Shown here piece by piece: positions 50,945 through 60,893 of a stretch of DNA of 64,000 nt. Positions within the stretch are counted from its first letter, which is position 1. Every line of letters begins with the position of its first letter. This DNA comes from an uncultured Mycoplasmatota bacterium (GTDB taxonomy: Bacteria > Bacillota_I > Bacilli_A > RF39 > UBA660). The translations under genes and the position numbers were made by a program. The DNA lies in assembly GCA_949287595.1 (NCBI GenBank), contig CASEGV010000001.1, forward strand, positions 220,873-284,872. The letters run 5' to 3'. The notes beneath the pieces were generated by a model that made no database searches, was not told the origin of the DNA, and was given only the letters and a program-made list of their open reading frames with translations.

Positions 50945-51488
50945 TACTGATGAAATAAAAAATATACTACTTATACTAGACAATAATTCCATAAGTTTAA
51001 ACAATAAATTTAGATACTATTCTAAATGTAGTAGTTCTATTAAAAAAGAGATAATAGATGTTATAGATGAATCTATATACTCTAATTTTATTGATATATT
51101 TTATCGATTTGGAGAAGAACTCTCTAATGAAATAGATTATGATCTATTGAAAATTGCGGAATTAATTGAAATAGATTGTCATAATAGGCGTATTTATAAT
51201 TTATTTGTAAAGAAATTAGAATTATTTGTAGATACATCTATAAGTAAGTATAAACAAGAATTATTAATTATGAATCGTTATAAGAAAAATAATAATACAT
51301 CTTTCTACTTTAAAGATATATCCGCATTAAAAAATATAATAAGTGTCGAATCCTATGACATTAGAGAAATAAGAAAAGATCCTATCGATAATGATGAACT
51401 CTTTTTATTATTAAGATTATTCTTAAGAAATAAATATAATTTTATAAAAATACCCAATAATGGTTTAATAAATGTTACAAAATTATGA
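50937..51488 (+). CDS. hypothetical protein
   Basis: 183 aa ORF. Confidence 0.65.
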   Translation: MSNTDEIKNILLILDNNSISLNNKFRYYSKCSSSIKKEIIDVIDESIYSNFIDIFYRFGEELSNEIDYDLLKIAELIEIDCHNRRIYNLFVKKLELFVDTSISKYKQELLIMNRYKKNNNTSFYFKDISALKNIISVESYDIREIRKDPIDNDELFLLLRLFLRNKYNFIKIPNNGLINVTKL

Positions 51489-51883
51489 CGAATAGTAAAA
51501 AGAAAAAAGAGAGAAGAAAATTAAGATATTTACGTAATATCAGAAAAGAAGTAGAATACAAAAAAGATGCTTGGGAGAAAGGAAAATTAATTGAAGAAAA
51601 TCATAATAATGGGCCATATTCTCCTGAGTATAGTGTGGAACTGGGGAATAGATTATATAATATTATACAATCATTTAAAGAACAAGCATTTAGCAATTCA
51701 TCATTAAACTCTGTTCAAAAAAATGAATTTTTATTAATCAAATTTAGGATGTATAGAATAAAGATTAGAGATTTTATACTTCACTATAATCCTATTATTC
51801 CTAAATCAGAAGAATATAACTATTTGAAACTTCTTATAGAAACATATTGGGATAAGCCTAATGAATTAATATATTATATTTAA
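51485..51883 (+). CDS. hypothetical protein
   Basis: 132 aa ORF. Confidence 0.7.
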   Translation: MTNSKKKKERRKLRYLRNIRKEVEYKKDAWEKGKLIEENHNNGPYSPEYSVELGNRLYNIIQSFKEQAFSNSSLNSVQKNEFLLIKFRMYRIKIRDFILHYNPIIPKSEEYNYLKLLIETYWDKPNELIYYI

Positions 51884-51892
51884 TTATATCAT

Positions 51893-52525
51893 ATGGAAAT
51901 AAAAAAGTTAAATTTTGAAAATAGTGAAATAATTGAAGTTAAAATAAATCCTTCAGAAATATTAAAGAACGTATATTTTCACAGTGAATACGAAAAAACT
52001 AATGTAGAAGAGGAAATTACTAGTAAATTCTTTGGATTATTAAAATCCAGAAAAGAAAAATTAGTTAAGGAGAATTACAGTAATGTAATAATAGATAATA
52101 ATGTTTTAAGAAATAGGGATACTCCAAGTATAAGAAAACTTTCTAATGAAGAATTAGAGAATTTAGTTAATAATAAAAGTATAGAATATTTTAATTTTAT
52201 TTATGGTAAGAAAACCATAATTCTAGGAAATAGGGTTTATGATAAAATTTGGGAAATTAACACATTACCTAGCATAACTATAAAATATAATGTATCTGAA
52301 AATTATCCAAGAATATCTACAGATATAAATAGTCCAGTTACTTATGAAGTAGGGATTAGAAATGTAGAACAAGAATTATATTTTTCTAATACAAGAGAGA
52401 TAAAAGAATTTATCATAAATGTAATAATGAAAAATAAATCTTTTAATACAAAAGCAATATATGTTGATGAAAATAATAAAGTTATAAAAAATTTAAAAGA
52501 ATATATAGAAAATTATGATAAATGA
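51893..52525 (+). CDS. hypothetical protein
   Basis: 210 aa ORF. Confidence 0.7.
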   Translation: MEIKKLNFENSEIIEVKINPSEILKNVYFHSEYEKTNVEEEITSKFFGLLKSRKEKLVKENYSNVIIDNNVLRNRDTPSIRKLSNEELENLVNNKSIEYFNFIYGKKTIILGNRVYDKIWEINTLPSITIKYNVSENYPRISTDINSPVTYEVGIRNVEQELYFSNTREIKEFIINVIMKNKSFNTKAIYVDENNKVIKNLKEYIENYDK

Positions 52526-52976
52526 TGATATATTAATTAAATTTGCTAGAAAAAGAGGTTATAGTACAACTTGGCCAGAGCAAGTAAATTTAATGAAATC
52601 CAGAATGACTGATATGAAATTAGGATTTCCTGGTTTAGGTAATGATCACTTAACTTTAATTGAATTTAAAGATATTGTAATAGGAGATATATTTATATAT
52701 GATCCTTACATAGAAACAGGAACTAATACTGGAGATGAAGCTCCAATAATGTTAAAGTTACTAGATACAGCTGGAACTTACTATGTTGAGGGAATAGGCT
52801 GTGGATTAGATTCAATAAGAGATCCAGATAGAACTAAAATTCGATGGAGAGATATTATAAATATACAAAATATAAATCCTGATTTTTTAGTATTTAGAGT
52901 AGATGTTAAGCCGACTTTAAACGGAGGTCCTGGATATTATTATTTTTATAAATCATATAGAGATTTTAGATATTAA
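52515..52976 (+). CDS. hypothetical protein
   Basis: 153 aa ORF. Confidence 0.7.
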   Translation: MINDDILIKFARKRGYSTTWPEQVNLMKSRMTDMKLGFPGLGNDHLTLIEFKDIVIGDIFIYDPYIETGTNTGDEAPIMLKLLDTAGTYYVEGIGCGLDSIRDPDRTKIRWRDIINIQNINPDFLVFRVDVKPTLNGGPGYYYFYKSYRDFRY

Positions 52977-53000
52977 AAAAAGAAATACCAATAGCTAAAG

Positions 53001-53573
53001 CTATTGGTATTTTTTATTCCATTTTTCAATTATTTTTATAAAATCTACTACACTTGTTCCTCCCATTATATAATCACTATCTTTTGTTTTATAGTCTTTT
53101 ATAAAAATCCACGGTATAGCTCCATCATTTATATCTTCTACACAAAATGGGCTATTATAACCTCTATCTCTTGGAAGATATAACTTATTTTCATTTATAT
53201 AGAATGGAATTTTTAATATTTCAATTTTTTCTTTGAAATTATCTCCATGATCGTATGGTTCTCCTGCATTATATTCATAAGGAGAATCATTCCAATCATC
53301 TCCCCATTGCTCTTTTAATGATAGGGGAGTAAAATAAGCATAATATACACTTTTTCCTGGAATATATTCTGGATTCGGATAGTCTTTAGTCCTTAAGTAC
53401 CAACGATTATTATCTTTCCAACTAAAACCAGGCGAATTAATTATTTCTTTAGACTCTTCATCCCAATCACTTATAGTTTCTGGGATATCATCTATATAAC
53501 ATAATTTATAAGAGGAGGTATAATATTTTTCTCCATCTTTTTTAATTTCTTCAATTGATTTTACTGTATACAT
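53001..53573 (-). CDS. hypothetical phage protein
   Basis: 190 aa; motif AYFT...QWGDDWNDSPYEYNAGEPY. Confidence 0.75.
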   Translation of the reverse strand: MYTVKSIEEIKKDGEKYYTSSYKLCYIDDIPETISDWDEESKEIINSPGFSWKDNNRWYLRTKDYPNPEYIPGKSVYYAYFTPLSLKEQWGDDWNDSPYEYNAGEPYDHGDNFKEKIEILKIPFYINENKLYLPRDRGYNSPFCVEDINDGAIPWIFIKDYKTKDSDYIMGGTSVVDFIKIIEKWNKKYQ

Positions 53574-53587
53574 ATTATTATATTTTA

Positions 53588-54448
53588 TTAAAGATACATA
53601 AATAATTGAGGAGCAGTGAAATCATTTATAAGAAAATGAAGATTTAATTCATTTTCAAATTTATAAACTTTTTCAATCTGTATTGCATATCCCTCAGACT
53701 TTCCTTTAAAGTATTCAAAAAATTTATCTTTTGATATTCCTCCAATAAACTGATAAGCATTCCAAAGATTTTCTGGAGTATCTTTATCTACTCCATTTAT
53801 TATCATAAGTCCAATGGCTTTCTTAGATGGATTAGAACTGTATATTAATACCTTTTTTATACTAGTATTAAAAATTGATTTTCTAAACTCTACTAATTTA
53901 GTACCATTTATTATCTGGCTAGAATACTCCGGTTTTATAGATAATATAACTAAATCTTTTTTTCTCTTAAGATGATTAAGGTAAGAAAAAACTTCTTCGC
54001 AGACACCGTCAGAGGTTATATTTATCCCAACAAAAGAAAAATTTCTTTTCTTTAAGAATTGATTAATACTTTGAAAATTTTCTGAATTAGAATTTATTGG
54101 CACATTTATACTAAAATCAAACCCTAATATACTCTTACTAAACCCAAATAAATCAGATCCAATTCTCCCAAGTCGATATTCTTTAAGTACATGTAATAAA
54201 CATATCTTTTTTTCTTCGGGAGAATTTTTTAATATAGAAATTCCTACTGGTTTTATCTCTACCTTAGTTGATTCATACATTAGTGCTAGTATTACTACTC
54301 TTGTTCCATTTCCTAATTCACTTTTTACTTTCTCAATCCATTCATCAAAATTTGGATAAACCTGTCTAGATGGTTCTAATAATTCTCTAAGATCAAACGT
54401 GTTAAACTCATCCAGGCTATTTATTTGACTTAAACTAAATGATTTCAT
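53588..54448 (-). CDS. GNAT-like acetyltransferase fused to ASCH domain
   Basis: YPNFDEW, KKICLLHVLKEYR.GRIGS.LF; C-terminal ILSIKPEY...IINGTK.VEFRK, LIYSS.P, APQ.FMY. Confidence 0.78.
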   Translation of the reverse strand: MKSFSLSQINSLDEFNTFDLRELLEPSRQVYPNFDEWIEKVKSELGNGTRVVILALMYESTKVEIKPVGISILKNSPEEKKICLLHVLKEYRLGRIGSDLFGFSKSILGFDFSINVPINSNSENFQSINQFLKKRNFSFVGINITSDGVCEEVFSYLNHLKRKKDLVILSIKPEYSSQIINGTKLVEFRKSIFNTSIKKVLIYSSNPSKKAIGLMIINGVDKDTPENLWNAYQFIGGISKDKFFEYFKGKSEGYAIQIEKVYKFENELNLHFLINDFTAPQLFMYL

Positions 54449-54459
54449 CTCAATTAACT

Positions 54460-54735
54460 TTATTTTATTGTATCCCCTATATTATATAACTTATATTCAT
54501 ATTTAAATACTCTAACACAGACTATAGAATAATCTCCTTTTTTAAGATTACAATCTCTATTACTTATGTATAAGAAATAATTTCTGTCTTCTTCTAAGTT
54601 AGAATATATTGGTTTAGAACTACTTTTCTCTATTATTATTCCTCCTTTATAGTTTCTAATAGTTTCTATTTCTCTACAACTATAAAAAATTATAGAGAAG
54701 ATAAAAATAAATAAAATATTTAATAATTTTTTCAT
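54460..54735 (-). CDS. small lipoprotein-like protein
   Basis: MKK + hydrophobic + YSC lipobox-like; paralog of 54739 ORF (ETI.NYK.GI.I.K, EY....GDT). Confidence 0.7.
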   Translation of the reverse strand: MKKLLNILFIFIFSIIFYSCREIETIRNYKGGIIIEKSSSKPIYSNLEEDRNYFLYISNRDCNLKKGDYSIVCVRVFKYEYKLYNIGDTIK

Positions 54736-54738
54736 AAA

Positions 54739-55077
54739 TTATAAAACTGTATCTCCTAAAGATACTGAATTATATTCAAATTCAGTAACATATATTTTAT
54801 TAACTTCCCATGAACGCCCTCTGTTATGCCTCCAAACGCTTCTCTTAATAGTTACTGAATAATTTGATCCAATACTATCTTTATTTTTATCAATAACTAT
54901 TCCTGATTTATAATTAGATATAGTTTCTATCTTATGATTATGTTTCCTTAAATAAATGTTTTCATCTGATTCAATATATCTACAAGAATAATTATTAACA
55001 AATATCAAAGGAACTGCTATACTAAAAGCTATGATAAAAATTACTACTAAATAAATTTTTGCATTATACATTATCAT
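54739..55077 (-). CDS. small membrane-anchored protein, paralog of 54460 ORF
   Basis: N-terminal TM; ETISNYKSGIVIDK, EYNSVSLGDT. Confidence 0.7.
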   Translation of the reverse strand: MIMYNAKIYLVVIFIIAFSIAVPLIFVNNYSCRYIESDENIYLRKHNHKIETISNYKSGIVIDKNKDSIGSNYSVTIKRSVWRHNRGRSWEVNKIYVTEFEYNSVSLGDTVL

Positions 55078-55182
55078 ATAAATATTCGTTAAATCTATTT
55101 TTCTAATTTAGTTATAGAGGGTTCTATCCCCAATATATTTTAATATCACTAATATTATCAGTAAGATTTCCATTTTTATCTA

Positions 55183-55680
55183 TCATAAACACACTTCTCT
55201 TTTTAAAAAACATTCTAATGCATAATTTCTATCTTCAGTAGCTGACTCAAGACATACTAATCCTCTTTGACGCCAATATTTACTTAAAATAGCTGTATTG
55301 TCGGGTAATGATAGCTGAATATCTTTTTCCTCTATAGTCCAAAAATATCCTATACATTTTTCAGAAATTCCATAAACTTTACATTCAATTATATCATTAA
55401 CATATAATTCCGGAACTAAATTAATATTTTCCACTGTTCCTACTAAAGTTTCAGAATTAAAATCTCTTCGTAAATTAGAATACTCTGGAATCATTCTAAC
55501 TAGATCTTTGCATTCTGATCCATTTATTATAGAGGCTTTATCATACCCAAGTAAACTTGATAATTCTCCATGAAGATACCACCAATCTCCGTATAAAAAA
55601 TTATTACTATCCTTTGCTTCTTTGACTAATTTTTTATAATCTTTAGAATAATATGAAATTAATAATGGAATATTTTTCAT
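55183..55680 (-). CDS. hypothetical protein
   Basis: 165 aa ORF. Confidence 0.7.
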   Translation of the reverse strand: MKNIPLLISYYSKDYKKLVKEAKDSNNFLYGDWWYLHGELSSLLGYDKASIINGSECKDLVRMIPEYSNLRRDFNSETLVGTVENINLVPELYVNDIIECKVYGISEKCIGYFWTIEEKDIQLSLPDNTAILSKYWRQRGLVCLESATEDRNYALECFLKREVCL

Positions 55681-55684
55681 AAAT

Positions 55685-56059
55685 TTATGAACAAAATATT
55701 ATTAAATAATAATTATCATCCCATTCGGAAAGATATTCATCAATCCAAGATATTAATTGAGTAAACATCCACTCTAGATAAATTGGTTTAACTTCTTCAT
55801 TCGGTATATTTATCTCACTAGGACAATTATCTCTATACTTAATACATTCTTCCCTAAATTTTTCAAATTTATCTTTATTAATTATTAACTCATCATAAAC
55901 TTCATAATAATCACAGATAAAAATATCTTTATAAAAATATCTTGGTATAAATGTCCAAGATCTTCCACCAAAATACTTTACCTGTTCAGAATTAGAAAAA
56001 TTTTTTGTTTTATCATACTTCTCTTTTTGTACTTTATAAAATCCAATATCTAATCCCAT
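55685..56059 (-). CDS. hypothetical phage protein (MGLD family)
   Basis: 124 aa starting MGLDI. Confidence 0.7.
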   Translation of the reverse strand: MGLDIGFYKVQKEKYDKTKNFSNSEQVKYFGGRSWTFIPRYFYKDIFICDYYEVYDELIINKDKFEKFREECIKYRDNCPSEINIPNEEVKPIYLEWMFTQLISWIDEYLSEWDDNYYLIIFCS

Positions 56060-56143
56060 ATATTTAAATTTTAATTTACATTTATAAGGATTTTAAGAAA
56101 AATAATAGGAGGAAACATCTTCTTCCTCCTATTATCTATTATA

Positions 56144-56992
56144 TTATTCTTCACCAAATATTTCAGTAAATGGTTTTAAATTTCCATCTGGATTATGTTC
56201 TTTTCTAGAATTATTATCTTCTAGAATTGCAAAACAAATTTCTTCAAATGAATTACTAAATTCCTGTTCATCAAAAACCTCTTTAAATAGCATTGCAATA
56301 TGTTTTGGTGGATTTTTAAAAGCCCCACAACCTAAAGCACCTAATACTAATTTAGTATGTTTATTTTCTTTAGCTATTCTTAAAATAGTTCTAATTTTAC
56401 TCTTAACTATTGGAATATATTTTCTCTCTAACATTCCAGTACTAGAATCTATTTTTGGATGAACTACCCCAGCAACAGAAATAACGCTACAAATAAAAGG
56501 ATTATCTAGCTTACTATAAGTTACTGCATCCCTAAACACGCAAACATTCGGTGAATATATTCCGCCCCTTGATGGAATCGGATATCTATCATCTTTTTTA
56601 GAAAATCCAAATATATCTTTACCCCAAGAAGTAAGAGAGTATAAAGAATATAATAAAGTACTTCTTCTACATAGATCTTCTTCTTGAGCTCTACTACCAT
56701 TCCTAACTCCTCCACCTGGATTAGTTGATGAAGCCATATTTAATACAGCACATTTAGGGCCCATTTCTCTAGCCTTTAAAAATGTATCTATATTTTGAAC
56801 ATAAACTTTTAAGGGTTTATCTAATGTTCCAGATTTAGATTGTTCTGTACTGTAATAAAGCTTAGTTCCTTCTTTTAGTTTTTTAAGACCTAAAAGATCT
56901 ACCATGTTTCCACTCTTTGATTCATAATCTCCCGCTTGAATATCTTCTACGGTTTCATTGTAAATTCTAATTAATTCTTCTTTTGATTTCAT
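56144..56992 (-). CDS. TIGR02452/DUF2263 bacterial-type PARG (macro-fold ADP-ribose glycohydrolase)
   Basis: VLNMAS..NPGGGVRNGSRAQEEDLCRRSTL, GIYSPNV.VFR, LVLGALGCGAFKNPP. Confidence 0.9.
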   Translation of the reverse strand: MKSKEELIRIYNETVEDIQAGDYESKSGNMVDLLGLKKLKEGTKLYYSTEQSKSGTLDKPLKVYVQNIDTFLKAREMGPKCAVLNMASSTNPGGGVRNGSRAQEEDLCRRSTLLYSLYSLTSWGKDIFGFSKKDDRYPIPSRGGIYSPNVCVFRDAVTYSKLDNPFICSVISVAGVVHPKIDSSTGMLERKYIPIVKSKIRTILRIAKENKHTKLVLGALGCGAFKNPPKHIAMLFKEVFDEQEFSNSFEEICFAILEDNNSRKEHNPDGNLKPFTEIFGEE

Positions 56993-57750
56993 AATTTCTT
57001 AATTAAACATTTATCACAACTTTGAAATATACATTTATTACAATAGTAATCATTTATTATATTTTTCACATATCCTGCTCTATAATAAAGGTTTAAGGTG
57101 TTATCTTTTCTAAACCTAAAAGGTAGTAAAGAATGATTATCTATTATTTCCTTATCAAGATTAACATCTCTATCATCAATCAGATAACTATAACAGATAT
57201 TATCATTATTAGTATTCATGAATTCATTATAATGACTAATACCAATTATTGTTGCTTTATAATTAGTATCTTCTATTTTTACCCTATCTCCTAATAAAAA
57301 TTCTCCACATTTATTTAAATCTTTTAATGCACCATTATCACAATCAATACATAAATCAGTATCTTTAAGTTTACATACATAATTACATTCAAATAAATCT
57401 TGAAAAAACTTTCTATTATCGCTATTTTTTGGAATAACTTTTTCTATTTCATCTAGAGATATAATAGAATCTATATTCTTAAATCGATTCTTAAAAGAAA
57501 ACTTCTTGTTTATTAGATCGTATTCTACTAAAATATACTTATTAGAATTAGTTAACTGCTCTTTATTATCTATATCTAATCTTATAGTTGTAGTAATAGT
57601 TTTTTCTATAAAATTATAAAATAACTTAGTTACAGTTCCGAGAATTATATTTTCATTATTTAATATAACATCTACAATCTCATCTATAATAAAAGGATTA
57701 TATATAAGATAATCTGAAGCTGTTAAATTATTATCATTTCCTAATTTCAT
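56989..57750 (-). CDS. Cys-motif hypothetical protein, paralog 1 of 3
   Basis: YNPF, FECNYVCK..D..C..C, LGDRV, YRAGY, YCNKCIFQSCDKC. Confidence 0.78.
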   Translation of the reverse strand: MKLGNDNNLTASDYLIYNPFIIDEIVDVILNNENIILGTVTKLFYNFIEKTITTTIRLDIDNKEQLTNSNKYILVEYDLINKKFSFKNRFKNIDSIISLDEIEKVIPKNSDNRKFFQDLFECNYVCKLKDTDLCIDCDNGALKDLNKCGEFLLGDRVKIEDTNYKATIIGISHYNEFMNTNNDNICYSYLIDDRDVNLDKEIIDNHSLLPFRFRKDNTLNLYYRAGYVKNIINDYYCNKCIFQSCDKCLIKKL

Positions 57751-58463
57751 AATTTACTAATTAAGCATTTATTGCACTCTTGAAATATACATTTATTACA
57801 ATAATAATTATTATCAGATCTTTTTAAATAGCCAGCTCGATAGTGAATAATTAAAAATTTATCATCAATGCTAATAAATGGTAAATTAGATCTATTATAT
57901 TTAACTCCATCTATTAGATATTGATAGTAAATTTTATCTTTCTTAACTATTCCTGATATAGTTGCATGGATATTATTGATTTTTACTCTATCTCCTAATA
58001 ACAATATCTTTTTATCATCTATATACTTAAATTCTTTAAAATTAAAACACTTATCACATATGTCAGTATCTTTAAATTTACATACATAATTACATTCAAA
58101 TAAATTCTGAAAAGCATTTCTAATATTATACTCTTCGTTATCACAATTATTAGGAAGAATTGATAATATATCTTCAGACTTGAATAATCCCTGATAATAC
58201 ATATTATCTTCAATTTTGAAAAAATAATCCTTAGATATTAAATCATATGTAACAACAATATATTTATATAAATTAAGATGACAAATATTATCATCTACAC
58301 TTACTATAGAAATAATAGTTCTATTATCAATATTATAATATACTGATTCTATCATTCCATTATATATCTTATTACTTTTTAAGGTAATCAAAACTTCTTC
58401 ACCAATAAAATATGGGTTAAATATTAGATATTCTGAAGCTGTTAGATTATTATTTAACTTCAT
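57747..58463 (-). CDS. Cys-motif hypothetical protein, paralog 2 of 3
   Basis: same motifs. Confidence 0.78.
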   Translation of the reverse strand: MKLNNNLTASEYLIFNPYFIGEEVLITLKSNKIYNGMIESVYYNIDNRTIISIVSVDDNICHLNLYKYIVVTYDLISKDYFFKIEDNMYYQGLFKSEDILSILPNNCDNEEYNIRNAFQNLFECNYVCKFKDTDICDKCFNFKEFKYIDDKKILLLGDRVKINNIHATISGIVKKDKIYYQYLIDGVKYNRSNLPFISIDDKFLIIHYRAGYLKRSDNNYYCNKCIFQECNKCLISKL

Positions 58464-59239
58464 AATTCTAAAGTTTTAAATACATTCCTTAGACCTAATT
58501 TTTCCACCTGACATTCATTACAGTTGGAAAATATACATCTATTACAAGGATTAGAATTCAATGTAAATCCTCCTCTATAATATAATCCAACTCTATCCTG
58601 TATCCTCCAATTATACCTATAAAGATTTCTAGAAACTCCAGTATATTTACTACTATTAGGATTATATTCACTTGGACTTTCCATACTTTTCTGTACAACA
58701 TCTTTTGGAGAAAGAGAATATATACATCTAAATTTATCCGTATTATGTTCTATATCTAACCCTAATAGATCTGTTTTATAGGGATATCTTCCATCTTCAG
58801 TAATAATTCTGATTTTATCTCCAATATAGAATATATCAGAAGATTCTCCTCTAAAATCTACTACTGGACAACTATCACAAATTCCCCTACTTTTAAGATT
58901 ACAGATATAATCACATTCAAAATTGCTCTTATAATATCTAAATTCTACTTTCAATTTACTAATTGGGATTTCTACATCCTTAGCATAATATAATTTAAAA
59001 AATTCTCCTGTAGTTATTTTAAATATTATACTAATCGGATCAAATTCAAGTGGAGTAATTGATACAAGATCATAAATTAAGACATTTTCATCATATGTTC
59101 TAAAACATCCACTCACAGTATAATTTACTTTATTTCCTGTTTCAACAACTATTGAAATTTCATCCTTTATTAATAAAGGATTATATATCATATAATTAAT
59201 ATTCGGTATCATATCTCGATAATATATGAAATGCATCAC
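58460..59239 (-). CDS. Cys-motif hypothetical protein, paralog 3 of 3
   Basis: FECDYICNLKSRGICDSC, IGDKI, YYRGGF, CNRCIFSNCNEC. Confidence 0.75.
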   Translation of the reverse strand: MMHFIYYRDMIPNINYMIYNPLLIKDEISIVVETGNKVNYTVSGCFRTYDENVLIYDLVSITPLEFDPISIIFKITTGEFFKLYYAKDVEIPISKLKVEFRYYKSNFECDYICNLKSRGICDSCPVVDFRGESSDIFYIGDKIRIITEDGRYPYKTDLLGLDIEHNTDKFRCIYSLSPKDVVQKSMESPSEYNPNSSKYTGVSRNLYRYNWRIQDRVGLYYRGGFTLNSNPCNRCIFSNCNECQVEKLGLRNVFKTLEL

Positions 59240-59768
59240 CTGGAAAAAACTCTAGTAAAGAATAGGAGACTATAGTATCATGTTTAGGCTCACTTTCTAT
59301 CTGTTCCTTAGTGGGTATTATTCCCCTATAAACTTTTAAACCTATATTAATTTCATACTTACTCTTCTCTATAGTCTCTGGATCATGACTACTATTATAT
59401 ACTCTATCATCAAATATTTCTGTTATAATAAATGGATAATCAGGACCATAATAGTCTTTTAAATAACGACCAGGCTTTGTAAAGAAAACTAAATCTCCCT
59501 CATTAAAATAACCACCTGGATGAAATCTTTTGGCAATTATTTCGAGATATGTAGGATCTTCCTTCTTTAATAAATCAATTATATTACTAGAATATTTAGA
59601 ATAATCAAAATCTACAAAATCCCAAGTAACTCCTAATTCTGATAACTTAAAAGTCTTATTTTTACATATAACTACTCTTTCCTTACTAGGAAGAAACATT
59701 TCATGTAAAACTATCCATATCTTTCCGGTACTTTTCTCAATTATTCTCTTTATTATCATCTTTATCAA
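59196..59768 (-). CDS. hypothetical protein
   Basis: 190 aa ORF. Confidence 0.7.
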   Translation of the reverse strand: MIKMIIKRIIEKSTGKIWIVLHEMFLPSKERVVICKNKTFKLSELGVTWDFVDFDYSKYSSNIIDLLKKEDPTYLEIIAKRFHPGGYFNEGDLVFFTKPGRYLKDYYGPDYPFIITEIFDDRVYNSSHDPETIEKSKYEINIGLKVYRGIIPTKEQIESEPKHDTIVSYSLLEFFPGDAFHILSRYDTEY

Positions 59769-60009
59769 AATTTTTCAGTACTTCTTTATCCTTTCCTTCC
59801 TTCAGACCTTTATAATACTCTCCTTGGGTTATAATTTCAATTCCTAATATTATTAAGAAAAATCCTACTGGTCTCCACCAAGTATGCATCTTAATGTAAA
59901 ATGGATTAAAACTAAACTCTGTGTGACCTAAATAAAAGAATAATAAAGCTAATACTACAATAAAAATAATAATTTCCATTACCAAACTCCTTTTTTTACC
60001 TTTGTCCAT
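59737..60009 (-). CDS. small membrane protein
   Basis: two hydrophobic segments. Confidence 0.65.
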   Translation of the reverse strand: MDKGKKRSLVMEIIIFIVVLALLFFYLGHTEFSFNPFYIKMHTWWRPVGFFLIILGIEIITQGEYYKGLKEGKDKEVLKNFDKDDNKENN

Positions 60010-60773
60010 ATCATATATTTTAAAACAGGTAAAGATATTTCCATATATCTCTCTAATAAATCTTCGATCGATAAAAATCTATCGTTCAAACACGCATAAC
60101 TATTTCTTGCTAAATGATATAATTCATGGGACCAAATTTCAAGATCTCTCTTAATTCTTCTATTTCTAGATTTAGGAACTAATACGATAAATCTCTTAAC
60201 TCCCTTACACCACCTAACAGATCCATCTGCTGATAAACCTAATCTAAATGTATTCTGAAATGATTCATCTTTATATACTCCTCCAGAATATATTACCGAA
60301 TCTACTTCATTCCCTACATTATCTATAATTTTCTTACAGGATTTTATACCATTTAATAAATTATAAATGTATATAAAATCTTTTATTTGATTACTTACTA
60401 AATAACCAAACATATAAGCTTCCGTCTCTGAATCTAAAATTCCTAATGATGACGTTATATCTTTTACTACAGCATAAGATTTTCTAAAAATCCACTTAAG
60501 CCTATCTAACTCGCTAAGATCTTTGAATAATATTATAGAACGATTGCCTTTTCCATTAATACCAAAATCATTATTAGTAACCTTATATTCTTTTTCTAAA
60601 TTAAATAGAGCTTTAATAGATTTTTCGTTATTCATACAATAAACTGTAATAGTTTTATTAAAACATTCTAATGAATAACTTTTTTCTCCTAGATAAATTT
60701 TATTATCCTCTTTTTTATCTACCTCTTCGATTAATCTAAGAAATTTTAAAAATTTAAATAATTTTTCATCCAT
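59979..60773 (-). CDS. hypothetical protein with HExxH motif
   Basis: WSHELYHL; ETEAYMFGYL. Confidence 0.65.
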   Translation of the reverse strand: MDEKLFKFLKFLRLIEEVDKKEDNKIYLGEKSYSLECFNKTITVYCMNNEKSIKALFNLEKEYKVTNNDFGINGKGNRSIILFKDLSELDRLKWIFRKSYAVVKDITSSLGILDSETEAYMFGYLVSNQIKDFIYIYNLLNGIKSCKKIIDNVGNEVDSVIYSGGVYKDESFQNTFRLGLSADGSVRWCKGVKRFIVLVPKSRNRRIKRDLEIWSHELYHLARNSYACLNDRFLSIEDLLERYMEISLPVLKYMIWTKVKKGVW

Positions 60774-60893
60774 ATATATTATATCTTAATTAAATACATA
60801 TATAAGAATTTGAAAGGAAAAATAAAAAAAGAGAGTACTTAGACTCTCTTTTAAATTATAATCAATTATTAATTTCTATTAAATATATTATAA

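Noticed and set aside
86-58213. Antisense or overlapping track ORFs (e.g. 86..442, 5575..5916, 7168..7470, 14837..15181, 27304..27642, 43675..44052, 49493..49966, 58019..58213)
   Set aside because: They shadow longer, motif-bearing genes and show the F/L/S/I-rich composition expected from the reverse strand or alternate frame.
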